From the NCBI GenBank assembly GCA_049512075.1, contig JBEKXL010000007.1, forward strand, positions 1 through 64,000: DNA of 64,000 bases. The letters are read 5' to 3'. Positions 1 to 10,125 of this stretch are shown piece after piece. Positions within the stretch are counted from its first letter, which is position 1. Every line of letters starts with the position of its first letter. The translations under genes were made by a program, and so were the position numbers. The stretch comes from Candidatus Bathyarchaeia archaeon. GTDB taxonomy: Archaea > Thermoproteota > Bathyarchaeia > Bathyarchaeales > Bathycorpusculaceae. The notes under the pieces were generated by a model. That model had not been told where the DNA came from, made no database searches, and was given only the letters and a program-made list of their open reading frames with translations.

Positions 1-129
1 GGATGCGAGGAGTCTACGTACAGCCAAAATGGGAATCGAATTAGCGGCCCGACTTTACAATGTCGTCCAGCATTCGAGGGAATTGCTTAGCGTGCTTCCT
101 CTGTGAAATGGACTTGAACCCGTGTGGAT

Positions 130-206
130 GCGGGAAGGGCAGACCTGCCACATAATCGTGTTTTTACCTGTAAACTTGGGTGGGGGTCCCACCCCCCGGC
201 GCTTCC
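130..206 (+). repeat. ~80-nt repeat copy A (element-end-like), ending in tRNA-Ser-like 3' sequence
   Basis: GGGCAGACCTGCC...TTTACCTGTAAA...GGGTGGGGGTCCCACCCCCCGGCGC; aligns with 4175-4255 in direct orientation. Confidence 0.7.
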
Positions 207-523
207 AACATCGCCAAGGATAAGTCCCCGTGGTGGCACGCGTACTCTTCATATGAACAGAACCCAGTGATGAACGTAGAATGAAAGCCCCTACAATCTG
301 GATATACCAAAAGGTCCAGAGCATTCTTCAAAAAAAAGTCACTAGGTCAAAAATGCCCAATGGATCAACATGTTGTACGGTCGATTCAGGGTCAGCCTTA
401 TCAAGAAGAAGCTCCTCTTCTCAGGCAAGGGGCAAGGCTACCGAATGAAAGGGAAAGAAGACGCGACCAACTGTTATGCCAGACATCATTAAGGTGCAAA
501 ACGAGAAAGTGTAAGGAATTGCT

Positions 524-2503
524 ATGGCAGATCCACTCCTGTTTGCTTTCGTGGTTGGGATGATTGCCATTTTGGTGGCGTCATACATCACTCGTTGGAT
601 TCTCAAACGTGATTCTGGTACCGCTCGTATGCAAGAGGTGAGCAGGTATATTGTGATAGGAACAAGCGCTTACATCAAGAGACAATTAGGGACAATCATT
701 CTTATCATTCCCTGGCTGGCCTTAATAATTCTCTTTCTTTTCAATTGGACTACTTCATTGGCTTTCGTGTGCGGTGTCCTTCTCTCCCTATTGGCGGGGT
801 ACGTTGGCATGAACGTCGCAGTTAGAACCAACGTGAGAACCACAAGTGCCGCTACGCGTTCACCTGGGCCAACTCTGAGAACAGGCTTTTTGGGAGGTGC
901 AGTTATGGGTCTGGCAGTCCCAGGGATAAGTTTGGTTGCGTTGTTCCTATTGCGAATAGCCTTGAATGATATTCCGGCGCTTGTTGGATTTGGATTTGGA
1001 GCAAGCCTAGCGGCATTGTTTGCGCAAATCGGAGGCGGCATATATACAAAGTCGGCTGACATTGGGGCCGATTTGGTGGGTAAGATCGAAATGGAGATCC
1101 CTGAGGACGACCCAAGAAATCCGGCTGTGGTCGCTGATTTGGTTGGCGACAACGTGGGCGATTGCGCGGGGCGAGGTTCAGATTTGTTCCAGACTTTCAG
1201 TGATGACATAATAACTGGTATGTTGATGGGCGTTCTCTTTATTTCGAGATACGGCCCTAACGGGGTAGTGTTTCCATTTATACTCGAAGCTGTTGGTGTT
1301 CTGGCCTCCATGTTTGGGATATCGCTGGTTAGACGGTGGAAGCGGATAAACGCTACAGGATCTTTGGTTGTCGGTCTCATGGTCACAACAGTTCTAAGCT
1401 CGATTGGCTTGTTCTTTTTGTCTACGCTGTTTATGAATGATATATCACTATTCTTTGCAGGTTTACTTGGTGTTGCAGCTGTGCTCGTTTGTGTCCTAAG
1501 TACACTATACTACACCGGTCTGGAGCGTGGACCTGTACATCATGTCGCTGAATCCTCGCAAGCAGGCCCTGCAATAAACCTGATAACTGGCATATCAACT
1601 GGACTGGCAACTCCATTGTTTCCAATGATTGCAGTTTTGGCTGCCGTAGTGGTTTCTTTCATAGTAACTGGTCAATCTCTCTACGGGCTAGTCATAACAA
1701 ACATTGGCACGGACTTTGGTATTGCGTTTATTATGGCTTCTGATACGTTCGGTCCAATAACCGATAATGCTGCGGGAATAGCTGAAATGTCTGGAATCTC
1801 GGGGCAAGCAGCTGAGACGTTAAATTCTCTGGATGCTGTGGGAAACACTATGAAGGCTGCAACCAAGGGCTATGCCATGGCATCAGGTACGGTTACGTCT
1901 TTCTTGATTTTCGCAACGTATTTCGCAACGGCTAAGATCTCTGTCATTTCGCTTGGATCGCCATACCCCATCGCTGCACTGTTCCTAGGTGTAGTTTTGC
2001 CTTTGCCATTGGCCTCTCTGACGATAAGGGCGACTTCCGATGGGGCTTTCAAAATGGTTGATGAAGTGAGGCGGCAGTTCAAGGAGATTAAAGGGCTCAA
2101 AGAGGGGAAAGTTGCTCCTGATTATGCCAGATGTATTGATATCGCAACCAAGAATGCGCTCAGCAAAATGGTGTTGCCGGGGCTTATTGCCATAGCAACT
2201 CCCATCGCGGTGGGTCTGTTATTTGGTCCGACCGAGTTGGGAATGATGCTCATCGGGGCTACGGCTTCCGCCGCCATGTTAGGCTTCTTCTTTAACAATA
2301 CAGGCGCCCTGCTGGACAATGCTAAGAAGTTGGTCGAAAGTGGGCTGTATGGGGGCAAGAAATCGGATACCCATAAGGCAACAATAATTGGTGATACTGT
2401 AGGCGACCCGTTGAAGGACGTTGCAGGCCCCTCGGTTCTCATATTCATGAAGCTTCTAGGCATGACCGCTCTGCTTCTGATCCTATTATTGACTCGGGCT
2501 TGA
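524..2503 (+). CDS. hppA: membrane-bound H+-translocating pyrophosphatase, K+-independent type
   Basis: Motifs GGGIYTKSADIGADLVGK, EDDPRNPA, DLVGDNVGD, GPITDNA, GDTVGDPLKD; GNTMK carries Lys at the K+-dependence determinant. Confidence 0.95.
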   Translation: MADPLLFAFVVGMIAILVASYITRWILKRDSGTARMQEVSRYIVIGTSAYIKRQLGTIILIIPWLALIILFLFNWTTSLAFVCGVLLSLLAGYVGMNVAVRTNVRTTSAATRSPGPTLRTGFLGGAVMGLAVPGISLVALFLLRIALNDIPALVGFGFGASLAALFAQIGGGIYTKSADIGADLVGKIEMEIPEDDPRNPAVVADLVGDNVGDCAGRGSDLFQTFSDDIITGMLMGVLFISRYGPNGVVFPFILEAVGVLASMFGISLVRRWKRINATGSLVVGLMVTTVLSSIGLFFLSTLFMNDISLFFAGLLGVAAVLVCVLSTLYYTGLERGPVHHVAESSQAGPAINLITGISTGLATPLFPMIAVLAAVVVSFIVTGQSLYGLVITNIGTDFGIAFIMASDTFGPITDNAAGIAEMSGISGQAAETLNSLDAVGNTMKAATKGYAMASGTVTSFLIFATYFATAKISVISLGSPYPIAALFLGVVLPLPLASLTIRATSDGAFKMVDEVRRQFKEIKGLKEGKVAPDYARCIDIATKNALSKMVLPGLIAIATPIAVGLLFGPTELGMMLIGATASAAMLGFFFNNTGALLDNAKKLVESGLYGGKKSDTHKATIIGDTVGDPLKDVAGPSVLIFMKLLGMTALLLILLLTRA

Positions 2504-2683
2504 ACAATCTTGGTAGCCACAAGGACGAAGATCAGGGAAGACTTGCCGAGATTTCATTTTACAGTATGTGCGTACTCTGTCTATGAGGCGCGGATGATAG
2601 GGTTTTGGGGCCATAAGCGAGAATTGAGCTTCTACCCTTGAAGGTTTACTGTAATTTTGGGTTTGTTTGCGCTGCGGCCTCTG

Positions 2684-3130
2684 CTATTTTTCGAAAACTT
2701 CTGGAACGGGGTAGTGGCTGCGGCCTATTGCTTCAAGTATGTCATCGGTAAGGGTTTTCTTGCTTAGGTGTCTAGCGAAGTCGGTAGCGGTTATTATTCC
2801 AACCAGCTTGTTATCCTTTATTACGGGAAGTCGTCGGATTCCTTTGTTGACCATTCTTCTGGCAGCTTCTTTTAATGGAGCTTCTGAATCGATTACTCTG
2901 AGGGGTGTGGTCATTACCTCTGAAACTTTGATGTTTAGCGATTTTCTCTCCGCCAAGACTCTCCTTACGAAATCCCGTTCAGTGACGATCCCTACAGGCG
3001 TATTTTTGTCCATGACCACCAAATCGCCTACGTTGTTTTGCGACATTAGGTCTGCGGCTTCAATAACAGTTTTGCTAGCGTCGATTGTTATAACATTCTT
3101 CGTCATGAAATCCTTGACTGTCGGCATCAC
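2684..3130 (-). CDS. CBS-domain pair protein
   Basis: Two CBS repeats (VKDFMTKNV...GIVTERD; VMT...RRLPV...GIITATD). Confidence 0.92.
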   Translation of the reverse strand: MMPTVKDFMTKNVITIDASKTVIEAADLMSQNNVGDLVVMDKNTPVGIVTERDFVRRVLAERKSLNIKVSEVMTTPLRVIDSEAPLKEAARRMVNKGIRRLPVIKDNKLVGIITATDFARHLSKKTLTDDILEAIGRSHYPVPEVFEK

Positions 3131-3475
3131 TTCTCAAGAGTGTTTGATTGGATAAAAGTTTTTTGCATGCGCACATCTTCCTGTTTTAGATTCTACCAAA
3201 ATGCCAACAATTGCTCGCAAAAAGGGCGCAAAAAATTCTTGTAGGCACAGCCTCTGGCACTGAAACCAGATGCCTACTGCTTTTGTTTTCTAAACATCTA
3301 CAAGGAACCACAATAGTGGCTTGTTTTATTTGTTTCATCTCGAAAATTGTTGCAATTTGACAGACAGATCCCCCTTGCCTCATCTTTATAACCTGCCTGT
3401 GACTCCGTTGACAACTGTTCTATGAATAAGCTGTCAATACATTAACAGCGTTTCATTGTGGGCACAGTTCCAGTA

Positions 3476-3499
3476 ATGTTTAAGTGTACGTTTAAACAT
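3476..3499. promoter_or_regulatory. inverted-repeat operator over vapBC promoter
   Basis: ATGTTTAA-N8-TTAAACAT about 20 bp before vapB; TA operons typically autoregulate at such sites. Confidence 0.55.
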
Positions 3500-3519
3500 A
3501 TAGATTCACGTGATCCATC

Positions 3520-3732
3520 TTGGTCAAGACTATAACCATCCGAGAAGAAGTATATAGAAAATTGCTGACTATCAAGAAGAAGGATGAAAGCTTCAGTGAG
3601 CTATTTGACAGACTTGCAGAAAATAAGGATCCACTGGAAACGCTATCGAAACTCAGGGCGAGTGTAGAGTTCAGAAAGAAGAAAGAGATGCTTTCAGAGA
3701 TATATTCTTCCAGGGCTGAACGAAGAAGATGA
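3520..3732 (+). CDS. vapB: VapB-family antitoxin
   Basis: KTITIREEVYRKL...KKKDESFSEL; overlaps PIN gene by 4 nt. Confidence 0.88.
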   Translation: MVKTITIREEVYRKLLTIKKKDESFSELFDRLAENKDPLETLSKLRASVEFRKKKEMLSEIYSSRAERRR

Positions 3733-4109
3733 TCACGATAGACACAGACGTGTTGATTGAGATACTGGACAAGGAATCAGAAAAAGGTGACGAAGCTCTC
3801 ATGCAGATTCTTCAAAGTGAAGAAGAAATATGCACAACTGCCATCAACATACATGAGATACTCTACGGCCTCCACAAGTATGGAAAACCAGTCAAAGAGA
3901 TTCTGTTGTTACCTGTTTTGAACTATATGAAAAAGGATGCAGTCCTCTCCAGCAAAATAGAGCTGGAAGCAGAAGAAAGAGGAACTTCCATACGCAGAAC
4001 TGATGCCATGATAGCCGCCATGGCCATAAACAACGGGGCAGCCCTCTTCACCTTCGACTTGAAACACTTCAGCCCCCTCAAAGCCCTTGGACTCAAACTC
4101 TTTCCGTAG
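3729..4109 (+). CDS. vapC: VapC PIN-domain toxin
   Basis: IDTDVLI, E, DAMIAA, TFDLKHF PIN acidic motifs. Confidence 0.92.
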   Translation: MITIDTDVLIEILDKESEKGDEALMQILQSEEEICTTAINIHEILYGLHKYGKPVKEILLLPVLNYMKKDAVLSSKIELEAEERGTSIRRTDAMIAAMAINNGAALFTFDLKHFSPLKALGLKLFP

Positions 4110-4174
4110 AATACTTTGTCTGAAACGCAGCCTTTTGTTCAGCGCTAAGCAAGAACCAGCCAATTTGTTCGATC

Positions 4175-4255
4175 AGGTGGGACGGGCAGACCTGCCGTAC
4201 CACGGTGTCTTTACCGGTAAAGTCGGGTGGGGGTCCCAACCCCCCGCACCACCTT
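4175..4255 (+). repeat. ~80-nt repeat copy B, ending in tRNA-Leu-like 3' end CCCCGCACCA
   Basis: GGGCAGACCTGCC...TTTACCGGTAAA...GGGTGGGGGTCCCAACCCCCCGCACCA; homologous to 130-206. Confidence 0.7.
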
Positions 4256-4557
4256 CAGACCATCAGTTCCGCTCAAATTTCGCTCGTTTTAAGCTTTGGG
4301 CAGTAGAAAAACGACTTCAAATTCTGGGCAGCTTTTGATTTCACTTGAGGGTTTGAACTGTCATTCTTTTGTAGGTTCTGTAAAGTTGTCGGTTGATGAC
4401 GAACGAATTTCACGATCTATCAACCGAAGACTTGACAGTTCCTGTTGAAACGCGCGCGTATGAAACAACGCTTTTAAGCCAGTTCTGATTTCTGCTCTTT
4501 TTGAACATCAAAGGAAAATGATGAAACATATCCGTACGGTTTCTAAGGTGTATCATC

Positions 4558-4923
4558 ATGAAGAAAAGCTCAATTTTGGGATTAGTAATGGTCCTGCTAA
4601 TCGCAAGTGGCCCAATACTCTACTTTATTCCTAACATAGTTTCATTTTTTCAGTCCATCACTTCTAATCAAACAGATATAACTGTTCAAACTGGAACGAT
4701 AAGTCAATATGAACGTAATGGTATAACGTACAAGTTCCTATGGAAATACTACCTTGATGGTTGGACCTACGGGGACGACACACACTTTTGCTTCGCTGCA
4801 AGCGACGCTGGGCAAATATTGACCTTTCCTTTGCAATTGAATGAGAACTGTACAGCTTATGGGCTAACATTCACCGTAGCTGGAATAAATCATGATAGCA
4901 TCATCATATCTATTAAACAGTAA
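4558..4923 (+). CDS. hypothetical membrane-anchored/secreted protein
   Basis: MKKSS then hydrophobic N-terminus; AT-rich ORF with TATA-like TTTTAAG upstream. Confidence 0.7.
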   Translation: MKKSSILGLVMVLLIASGPILYFIPNIVSFFQSITSNQTDITVQTGTISQYERNGITYKFLWKYYLDGWTYGDDTHFCFAASDAGQILTFPLQLNENCTAYGLTFTVAGINHDSIIISIKQ

Positions 4924-5293
4924 CGCACGCGTCACACGTCGTCATCGCGTCGTCGTAAAAATAATTTAAGCGAGGGTAAAGTTTCATGCCAAAACCGCGC
5001 GCTATTTTTCCGCATACTAGTAGCGAGAAATATGCCCCAAATGTTAATGCGAGTCAACAGTCATGATCAGGCTATGCCTAGCAGGCACACATTGAAAGAA
5101 ACGCATATGCTTGAGGACAGGCTCGCTTTGCCACTGGTAAAGCAGCAAAGAAAGCAAAAGGCTGAGAATGCGCTCTCTGTGCATAACATGGCTGAAGACA
5201 CTGCTACAACGCATCTAAAGAGAGGCTGTGCTTAATTCCTGCTTTCTCACCAATCATCAGCAACATTGTGGAGGTCCAATAACAGCGCGCTCT

Positions 5294-7321
5294 CTAGATT
5301 GCCTTAATCTGAGAGATGCCGTCTTTCTTTTCGACTCTCATGACTTGGTCTGCGAAACTTTCTAGTTCTCTCTCATGCGAAACCATGACCACTTGTGGGC
5401 ATTTGAGTTCGTCAAGTATCTCCCTGATCTTGAACAGTTGTTCTTTGCTGAAGCCGTCTGTGGGTTCGTCAAGGATCAAAAGGTTAGACTTGATTCCTGC
5501 TGAAACCTTCTGCACGATAGTGTTGAGCGAGAGTCTATACGCAAGGGCCAGACTAGTTTTCTCACCGCCACTAAGATAGTTGTAGTCCTGCTCATACCCA
5601 TCCTGCTCAACGATAGGCGTGAAATCCTCATCAATCCGGGAATCCTTGCTAGGATCCTCAACGAGCATTCCCCACCATTTTTGAAAATGCTGATTAAACT
5701 CCTGATTTATGTTCATCATAACATACTTTTCAATCGCCTCTAGGGTTGGCATCAAAAACTCTTCAAGCCAAATCTGATATTCTTTCAGTCTCTCTGCGGC
5801 TTTTCTTTCCTTTTCCTTGTCCCGGATCTCTCTCTCCAGTTCCTCCACCTGATTCGTGAGCATGTCACGCGTCGTCTGAAACTTAGATATCTTATTCTTC
5901 ACCGTGTCAAGCTGTGACCGGGCCTCATCCAGCTCTTCGGACAATGCTGCAGTCTCCCCTAATATTCTGTTGTATTCCTCCACTTCCTGCTGGGCCTTCT
6001 CAAGCTTTTCTCTGGCCTCCCCAACTTGTCCTTTCAGCGCCTCCATCTTCTCACGATGCTTCTCTATTCTCTCCTTGTTTCTCTCCATCCGTTCAGTTAG
6101 ATTTTGCAATCTGTCTCGGGCGCTCTTAAATTGTTGGAATGATTCTTGTAAGGTTTCTATTTCTTTGATTCTTGTTTCGCAGGTGGCGACTTCGTCTGAC
6201 GCCTTGCACTTCTCCTCTTTTTTCAGCTTGATTTTCTCTTCGAACTCACTAGGATCTGCAGGTCTGTCGCAAGTCGGGCAGACTCCATTTTCTCCCACAG
6301 ATTCGTAATCGCTTATCTTTGCGCCTATGACATCCTCCGACGATATGAGTTCTCGCTCTTTCCTTCTCATACTCTCCAATTCCTCTTTCAGTTCAGCTTC
6401 AGTTTTCGGCGTAGGCTGCTGAATCTTGCTCAGCCTATCCGCTTCGGGCTGCAACTTCCCCAATTCTGCAGAAAGCTCTTCCACTTCGCGTTCGAGGCTG
6501 ACTACTTCACCATTCTTCTCCCTGATATGCTTCTCAAGCAGAGGAACTTCACCTACCGCCTTTCCAAGCGCCTCCTTGCTTTTCTGCAGCGAATCGACTT
6601 TCTCCCTCAGCGCATTTACCTTCTCGTCAAGGCTGTCCCTGTTCCCGCTGAGACCTGTCAATTCCTGCTCGCATTTTCCGATCTCCGCCCTTGTTGCGTT
6701 GCATTTTTCTCGACGGCTTTCAAGGTCAGAAGCATGTGAAGCCAGTCTAATCGACTTCTCCTTGATAGACTTCGCCAGAGTTGAAGAATTGTCCAGTGCA
6801 ATTCGATAATCCTCGATCCTGAATGCCTTTCTAAGTGTTTGAAGCCTAGCGTCCGCCCTCATCCAGATAATGGCCTTCATTTCTTCTTGCGGAGTGAAAA
6901 TAGCGTACCTGTAGATGACACTCTGCGCCTTAGGGTCTGCTGGCTCGTTAAAAGCCAGTATATCAAGAACCTTCTCCTTCATCTCAGAGGCCGACAGTTG
7001 CAGTACGGCGCCGTCAGTTTTGAGGCTGCAACCAGACTGCTGGACGCTCTTGGCCTTTCTCTCCAAGCTTCGGCACACCTCATATTCCTTCCCCTCGACT
7101 TCGAAACAGAGACTCACCAGACCTCTCTTTGCCCCTGCCTTGAGCAAGGCTCCTCCTTTCTCTGAACCTAAACCAAAAAGCGCAAATTCTATCGCCATAA
7201 GAACAGTTGACTTTCCCGAACCTATGTCACCCTCAAAAAGAGTCGTCCCCAAGGGAAATGAGACCATCTGCTCAGTGTAGCTTCTGATGTTCTCAAGCTT
7301 CAGCGACCTCAGAATCATCAA
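5294..7321 (-). CDS. rad50: Rad50 (SMC-family) ATPase
   Basis: Walker A GDIGSGKS, coiled coils, CPTC zinc hook, LSGGE, ILDEPT; operon context. Confidence 0.93.
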   Translation of the reverse strand: MMILRSLKLENIRSYTEQMVSFPLGTTLFEGDIGSGKSTVLMAIEFALFGLGSEKGGALLKAGAKRGLVSLCFEVEGKEYEVCRSLERKAKSVQQSGCSLKTDGAVLQLSASEMKEKVLDILAFNEPADPKAQSVIYRYAIFTPQEEMKAIIWMRADARLQTLRKAFRIEDYRIALDNSSTLAKSIKEKSIRLASHASDLESRREKCNATRAEIGKCEQELTGLSGNRDSLDEKVNALREKVDSLQKSKEALGKAVGEVPLLEKHIREKNGEVVSLEREVEELSAELGKLQPEADRLSKIQQPTPKTEAELKEELESMRRKERELISSEDVIGAKISDYESVGENGVCPTCDRPADPSEFEEKIKLKKEEKCKASDEVATCETRIKEIETLQESFQQFKSARDRLQNLTERMERNKERIEKHREKMEALKGQVGEAREKLEKAQQEVEEYNRILGETAALSEELDEARSQLDTVKNKISKFQTTRDMLTNQVEELEREIRDKEKERKAAERLKEYQIWLEEFLMPTLEAIEKYVMMNINQEFNQHFQKWWGMLVEDPSKDSRIDEDFTPIVEQDGYEQDYNYLSGGEKTSLALAYRLSLNTIVQKVSAGIKSNLLILDEPTDGFSKEQLFKIREILDELKCPQVVMVSHERELESFADQVMRVEKKDGISQIKAI

Positions 7322-8571
7322 CCCTCATCTCCTAAACCCAACGTGTTCAACGCGTGCTTCTGGATGCGTTCCACGTAATCCTTCTTCGTCTCGTTGAGCT
7401 TCTGCTCCTGCCTCAGAACCTTCAACAACTCTTGTGCGAGCTTGGCACCCTTGTCCGCTTTCAGCTCTTCTAATGAAACCTTGACCGCTCCAATATTCTC
7501 TCTCAAGAGTCTGTTCTCAATCGCAGGAACATCCTCGCCTACGACTTTGACTGAAACGTAATCCTTTGATGTAAGCCCATAGCGATTTATGATGACGTCT
7601 AACGCACCGTTTTCTTTCATCAAGTCCCTGATTTCGCCTGAGCTGATGTCCGAAGTCTTGCCTCCTGAGAGTTCTCCCTTTATCTTGACAACTGTAATCT
7701 TGTTCTCGGCCTCAATCTTACTCAGTTTCTCCATCAGATCCTTCTTGGCTTGCATTGAATTCCTGTCGGAAACATCATACTCGAAATATCCGAAATCACA
7801 CACAGACACTTCCATGAACTTGACTTCTTCCACCTTTTCGTCAAAGCTCACTATGTAGAAACCTCTTTTCTCCCCTTTGGCACTGTCTTCCAAGTCTCTT
7901 GAGTACCCGCCGAAGAGCGCCCCTGGAAAAACTACTCTTTCGTGCCCTGCAAACCCTGACTCAGTCCTCTTGTGCACGTGTCCGCTTGCATAATAGTCAA
8001 AGCCCTTGGGAAGCAAAGATACTGGAATCGAGTCCATCTGTGCCAGAAACTCCGGCTTTAGCTCCGAGATTGCACTGTGAAACGCGAAAATCTTGAACCC
8101 TTGCTCCTTCTCCAAACATTCCCTGTCAAGTATTTCGAAATAATTCCGTTCCAACCCTGCTTTTCTACCTGATATTCCTACAAGCTTCGCCCCTGTTTTC
8201 GCGTCCGTGAATACTCCCAGCCTAAGCTTGCCATCGACATCCTCTCCTTTCACTACTTTCTTAATCAGGCCTGTACTGTCAAGAATGTCGATTATCGATG
8301 TGCCGTTTGGGCTGTAGTCGTGGCTTCCGTAGATGACGTAGACGGGAATGCCTGCGTCTTTGACTTCTTTCATCTTTTTTACGGCTTCATTAGCAACGTA
8401 CATGTCAGGCAAGTTGGCGTGAAAAAGGTCTCCAGATATCAGAACAAAGTCAACTGTCTCCTGCATGCAGATGTCCATGGCTTTGTTGAACGCGGCCAAT
8501 TCCAGCTTCTCCAGAACGGGCCCTCTGTTCGCGCCTATGTGACAATCTGCGAGGTGAGCAAACTTGAACAT
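7318..8571 (-). CDS. mre11: Mre11 nuclease
   Basis: ADCHIG, GDLFH, GSHD, GHVH phosphoesterase motifs. Confidence 0.93.
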   Translation of the reverse strand: MFKFAHLADCHIGANRGPVLEKLELAAFNKAMDICMQETVDFVLISGDLFHANLPDMYVANEAVKKMKEVKDAGIPVYVIYGSHDYSPNGTSIIDILDSTGLIKKVVKGEDVDGKLRLGVFTDAKTGAKLVGISGRKAGLERNYFEILDRECLEKEQGFKIFAFHSAISELKPEFLAQMDSIPVSLLPKGFDYYASGHVHKRTESGFAGHERVVFPGALFGGYSRDLEDSAKGEKRGFYIVSFDEKVEEVKFMEVSVCDFGYFEYDVSDRNSMQAKKDLMEKLSKIEAENKITVVKIKGELSGGKTSDISSGEIRDLMKENGALDVIINRYGLTSKDYVSVKVVGEDVPAIENRLLRENIGAVKVSLEELKADKGAKLAQELLKVLRQEQKLNETKKDYVERIQKHALNTLGLGDEG

Positions 8572-8574
8572 GAT

Positions 8575-10119
8575 TTACCCCACAAAAACCGTCTTGTTCT
8601 TCTCCTTAGGCTGCAGGTTCTCTTCAACGTACTTTTCAAACAATGGTATCTGAATGGGCACGGCAAACCTGGTGAAGTTGCTGCTCACGATGGCCTCACC
8701 CTTATCCAAGCTCGCGATGGTCCTGTCGTCCGATGACAAATCCTGCGCTGCACTCTCCATAACCGCCTGTCTCTCAGCAGCCAGCTCGTTCCCGAGGATT
8801 ATTTTAGTGTTCATGTTAGCCAATATCGCTCTTGGAATCAAGCTGACCAACTGCGTTATCGCGATTAATCCCACCTTGAATTTTCTGCCTTCCCTAGCAA
8901 TGGTACTGTAAATGTTGTCCCCACGCGCGGCAAGCACGTCTGCACCCAGAACTCTCGGCGCCTCCTCAATCACGACACTTACCACGGGCTTCTCTTCCAA
9001 CGTTCCCTCAGACTTGTAAGCTTGATACCGGTGGAAGATTCCGCCTGAAATTATGCTTCCAATGAGTAATTCAGCCTCATCAAGCAGCCTTGACGTGTCG
9101 ATAACAACCTTCTTCCCATCCTCAAGAGCCTTCGCAATTTCCCTGGTGGTAGCCAAGCCAGCGGTGTCGCTGAAAACACCGCTTCTACACTGAAAATCGC
9201 CGCCATCATCAATGAACACGCCGAGCACATTGTCGAACTTCCTCTTCAACACCTCAAGCGTTCTGGGAGCAACAGCATCACCAATATCGGTCCCCCGCAC
9301 AATGTTTTCAATCCACTGGTCCCTGAACCGGTTATAGTACAAGGATATGGCATCATGCTGAGGATCTGTGAACTCAACTATCCCTTGAAAATGTGAAGGC
9401 AAAATCGATCTGAGATTTATTACAAGGGTATTTGTCCCGGCAACAGGGTTCGTGGAATAGTACAGCAAGCTCTGCTTCGCCGCAGAATGGTCCTTCAACC
9501 CCTTACCATGCCTGCCATAGTACTCGTCGTGAGGGTCCAGAACCAATATACCCAGACAATCCTGGGCCAAAACGCTCCACAACATGACCTTGACAAGGTT
9601 GCTCTTCCCCCTTCCAGTCGTAGCCGGAATCAACACGTGATGCGTGAGCATGTCTTTTCCATTAACATAAACGTCCACGTCAAGCACCTTCGACCCGCTC
9701 CTGACTTTTCCAAGATACACAGGGCTTCCCGGCTTAGTAAGAAACAAGAGATCCTTCTCGGCAACGTGCCTGATTGTGGAAAAGAACTTGGGAAGAGTCT
9801 TGGGTATCTTCAGCTCATTGTTCTTGCAGACTCGCAAGAGTGCCTTGATTTGTGCTATAACATAGTTCCGCAGCTGCGGCTCAAGAAAATCCAGGTTAGT
9901 GCCCATGCCCTCAAGCTTCATGCCCGCCAGAAGCTCTCGCACCAGCTGCGGCACTTGGCTCCCATAGACAAGCTCGTAAGCCTGAAGAATCACGTATCCT
10001 CCATCATCTTCCTCAGCCACGAGCAAATCTCCTATCTCTATTTCTCCACCAGCTTTTTCCCTTGCCAATATCTGACCGGTTTTTCCCGCAATTATCTGAC
10101 CTGAAATTTCTAACGCCAT
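8575..10119 (-). CDS. herA: HerA helicase/ATPase
   Basis: [26 protein letters not shown]. Confidence 0.93.
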   Translation of the reverse strand: MALEISGQIIAGKTGQILAREKAGGEIEIGDLLVAEEDDGGYVILQAYELVYGSQVPQLVRELLAGMKLEGMGTNLDFLEPQLRNYVIAQIKALLRVCKNNELKIPKTLPKFFSTIRHVAEKDLLFLTKPGSPVYLGKVRSGSKVLDVDVYVNGKDMLTHHVLIPATTGRGKSNLVKVMLWSVLAQDCLGILVLDPHDEYYGRHGKGLKDHSAAKQSLLYYSTNPVAGTNTLVINLRSILPSHFQGIVEFTDPQHDAISLYYNRFRDQWIENIVRGTDIGDAVAPRTLEVLKRKFDNVLGVFIDDGGDFQCRSGVFSDTAGLATTREIAKALEDGKKVVIDTSRLLDEAELLIGSIISGGIFHRYQAYKSEGTLEEKPVVSVVIEEAPRVLGADVLAARGDNIYSTIAREGRKFKVGLIAITQLVSLIPRAILANMNTKIILGNELAAERQAVMESAAQDLSSDDRTIASLDKGEAIVSSNFTRFAVPIQIPLFEKYVEENLQPKEKNKTVFVG

Positions 10120-10125
10120 TCTCCA

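Noticed and set aside
130-206. Intact tRNA gene
   Set aside because: Lacks the TTCRA T-loop and a matching 5' acceptor strand.
262-325. GTGATGA suggesting a C/D-box sRNA or a tnpB 3' end
   Set aside because: No proper CTGA D box and no recognisable TnpB reading frame.
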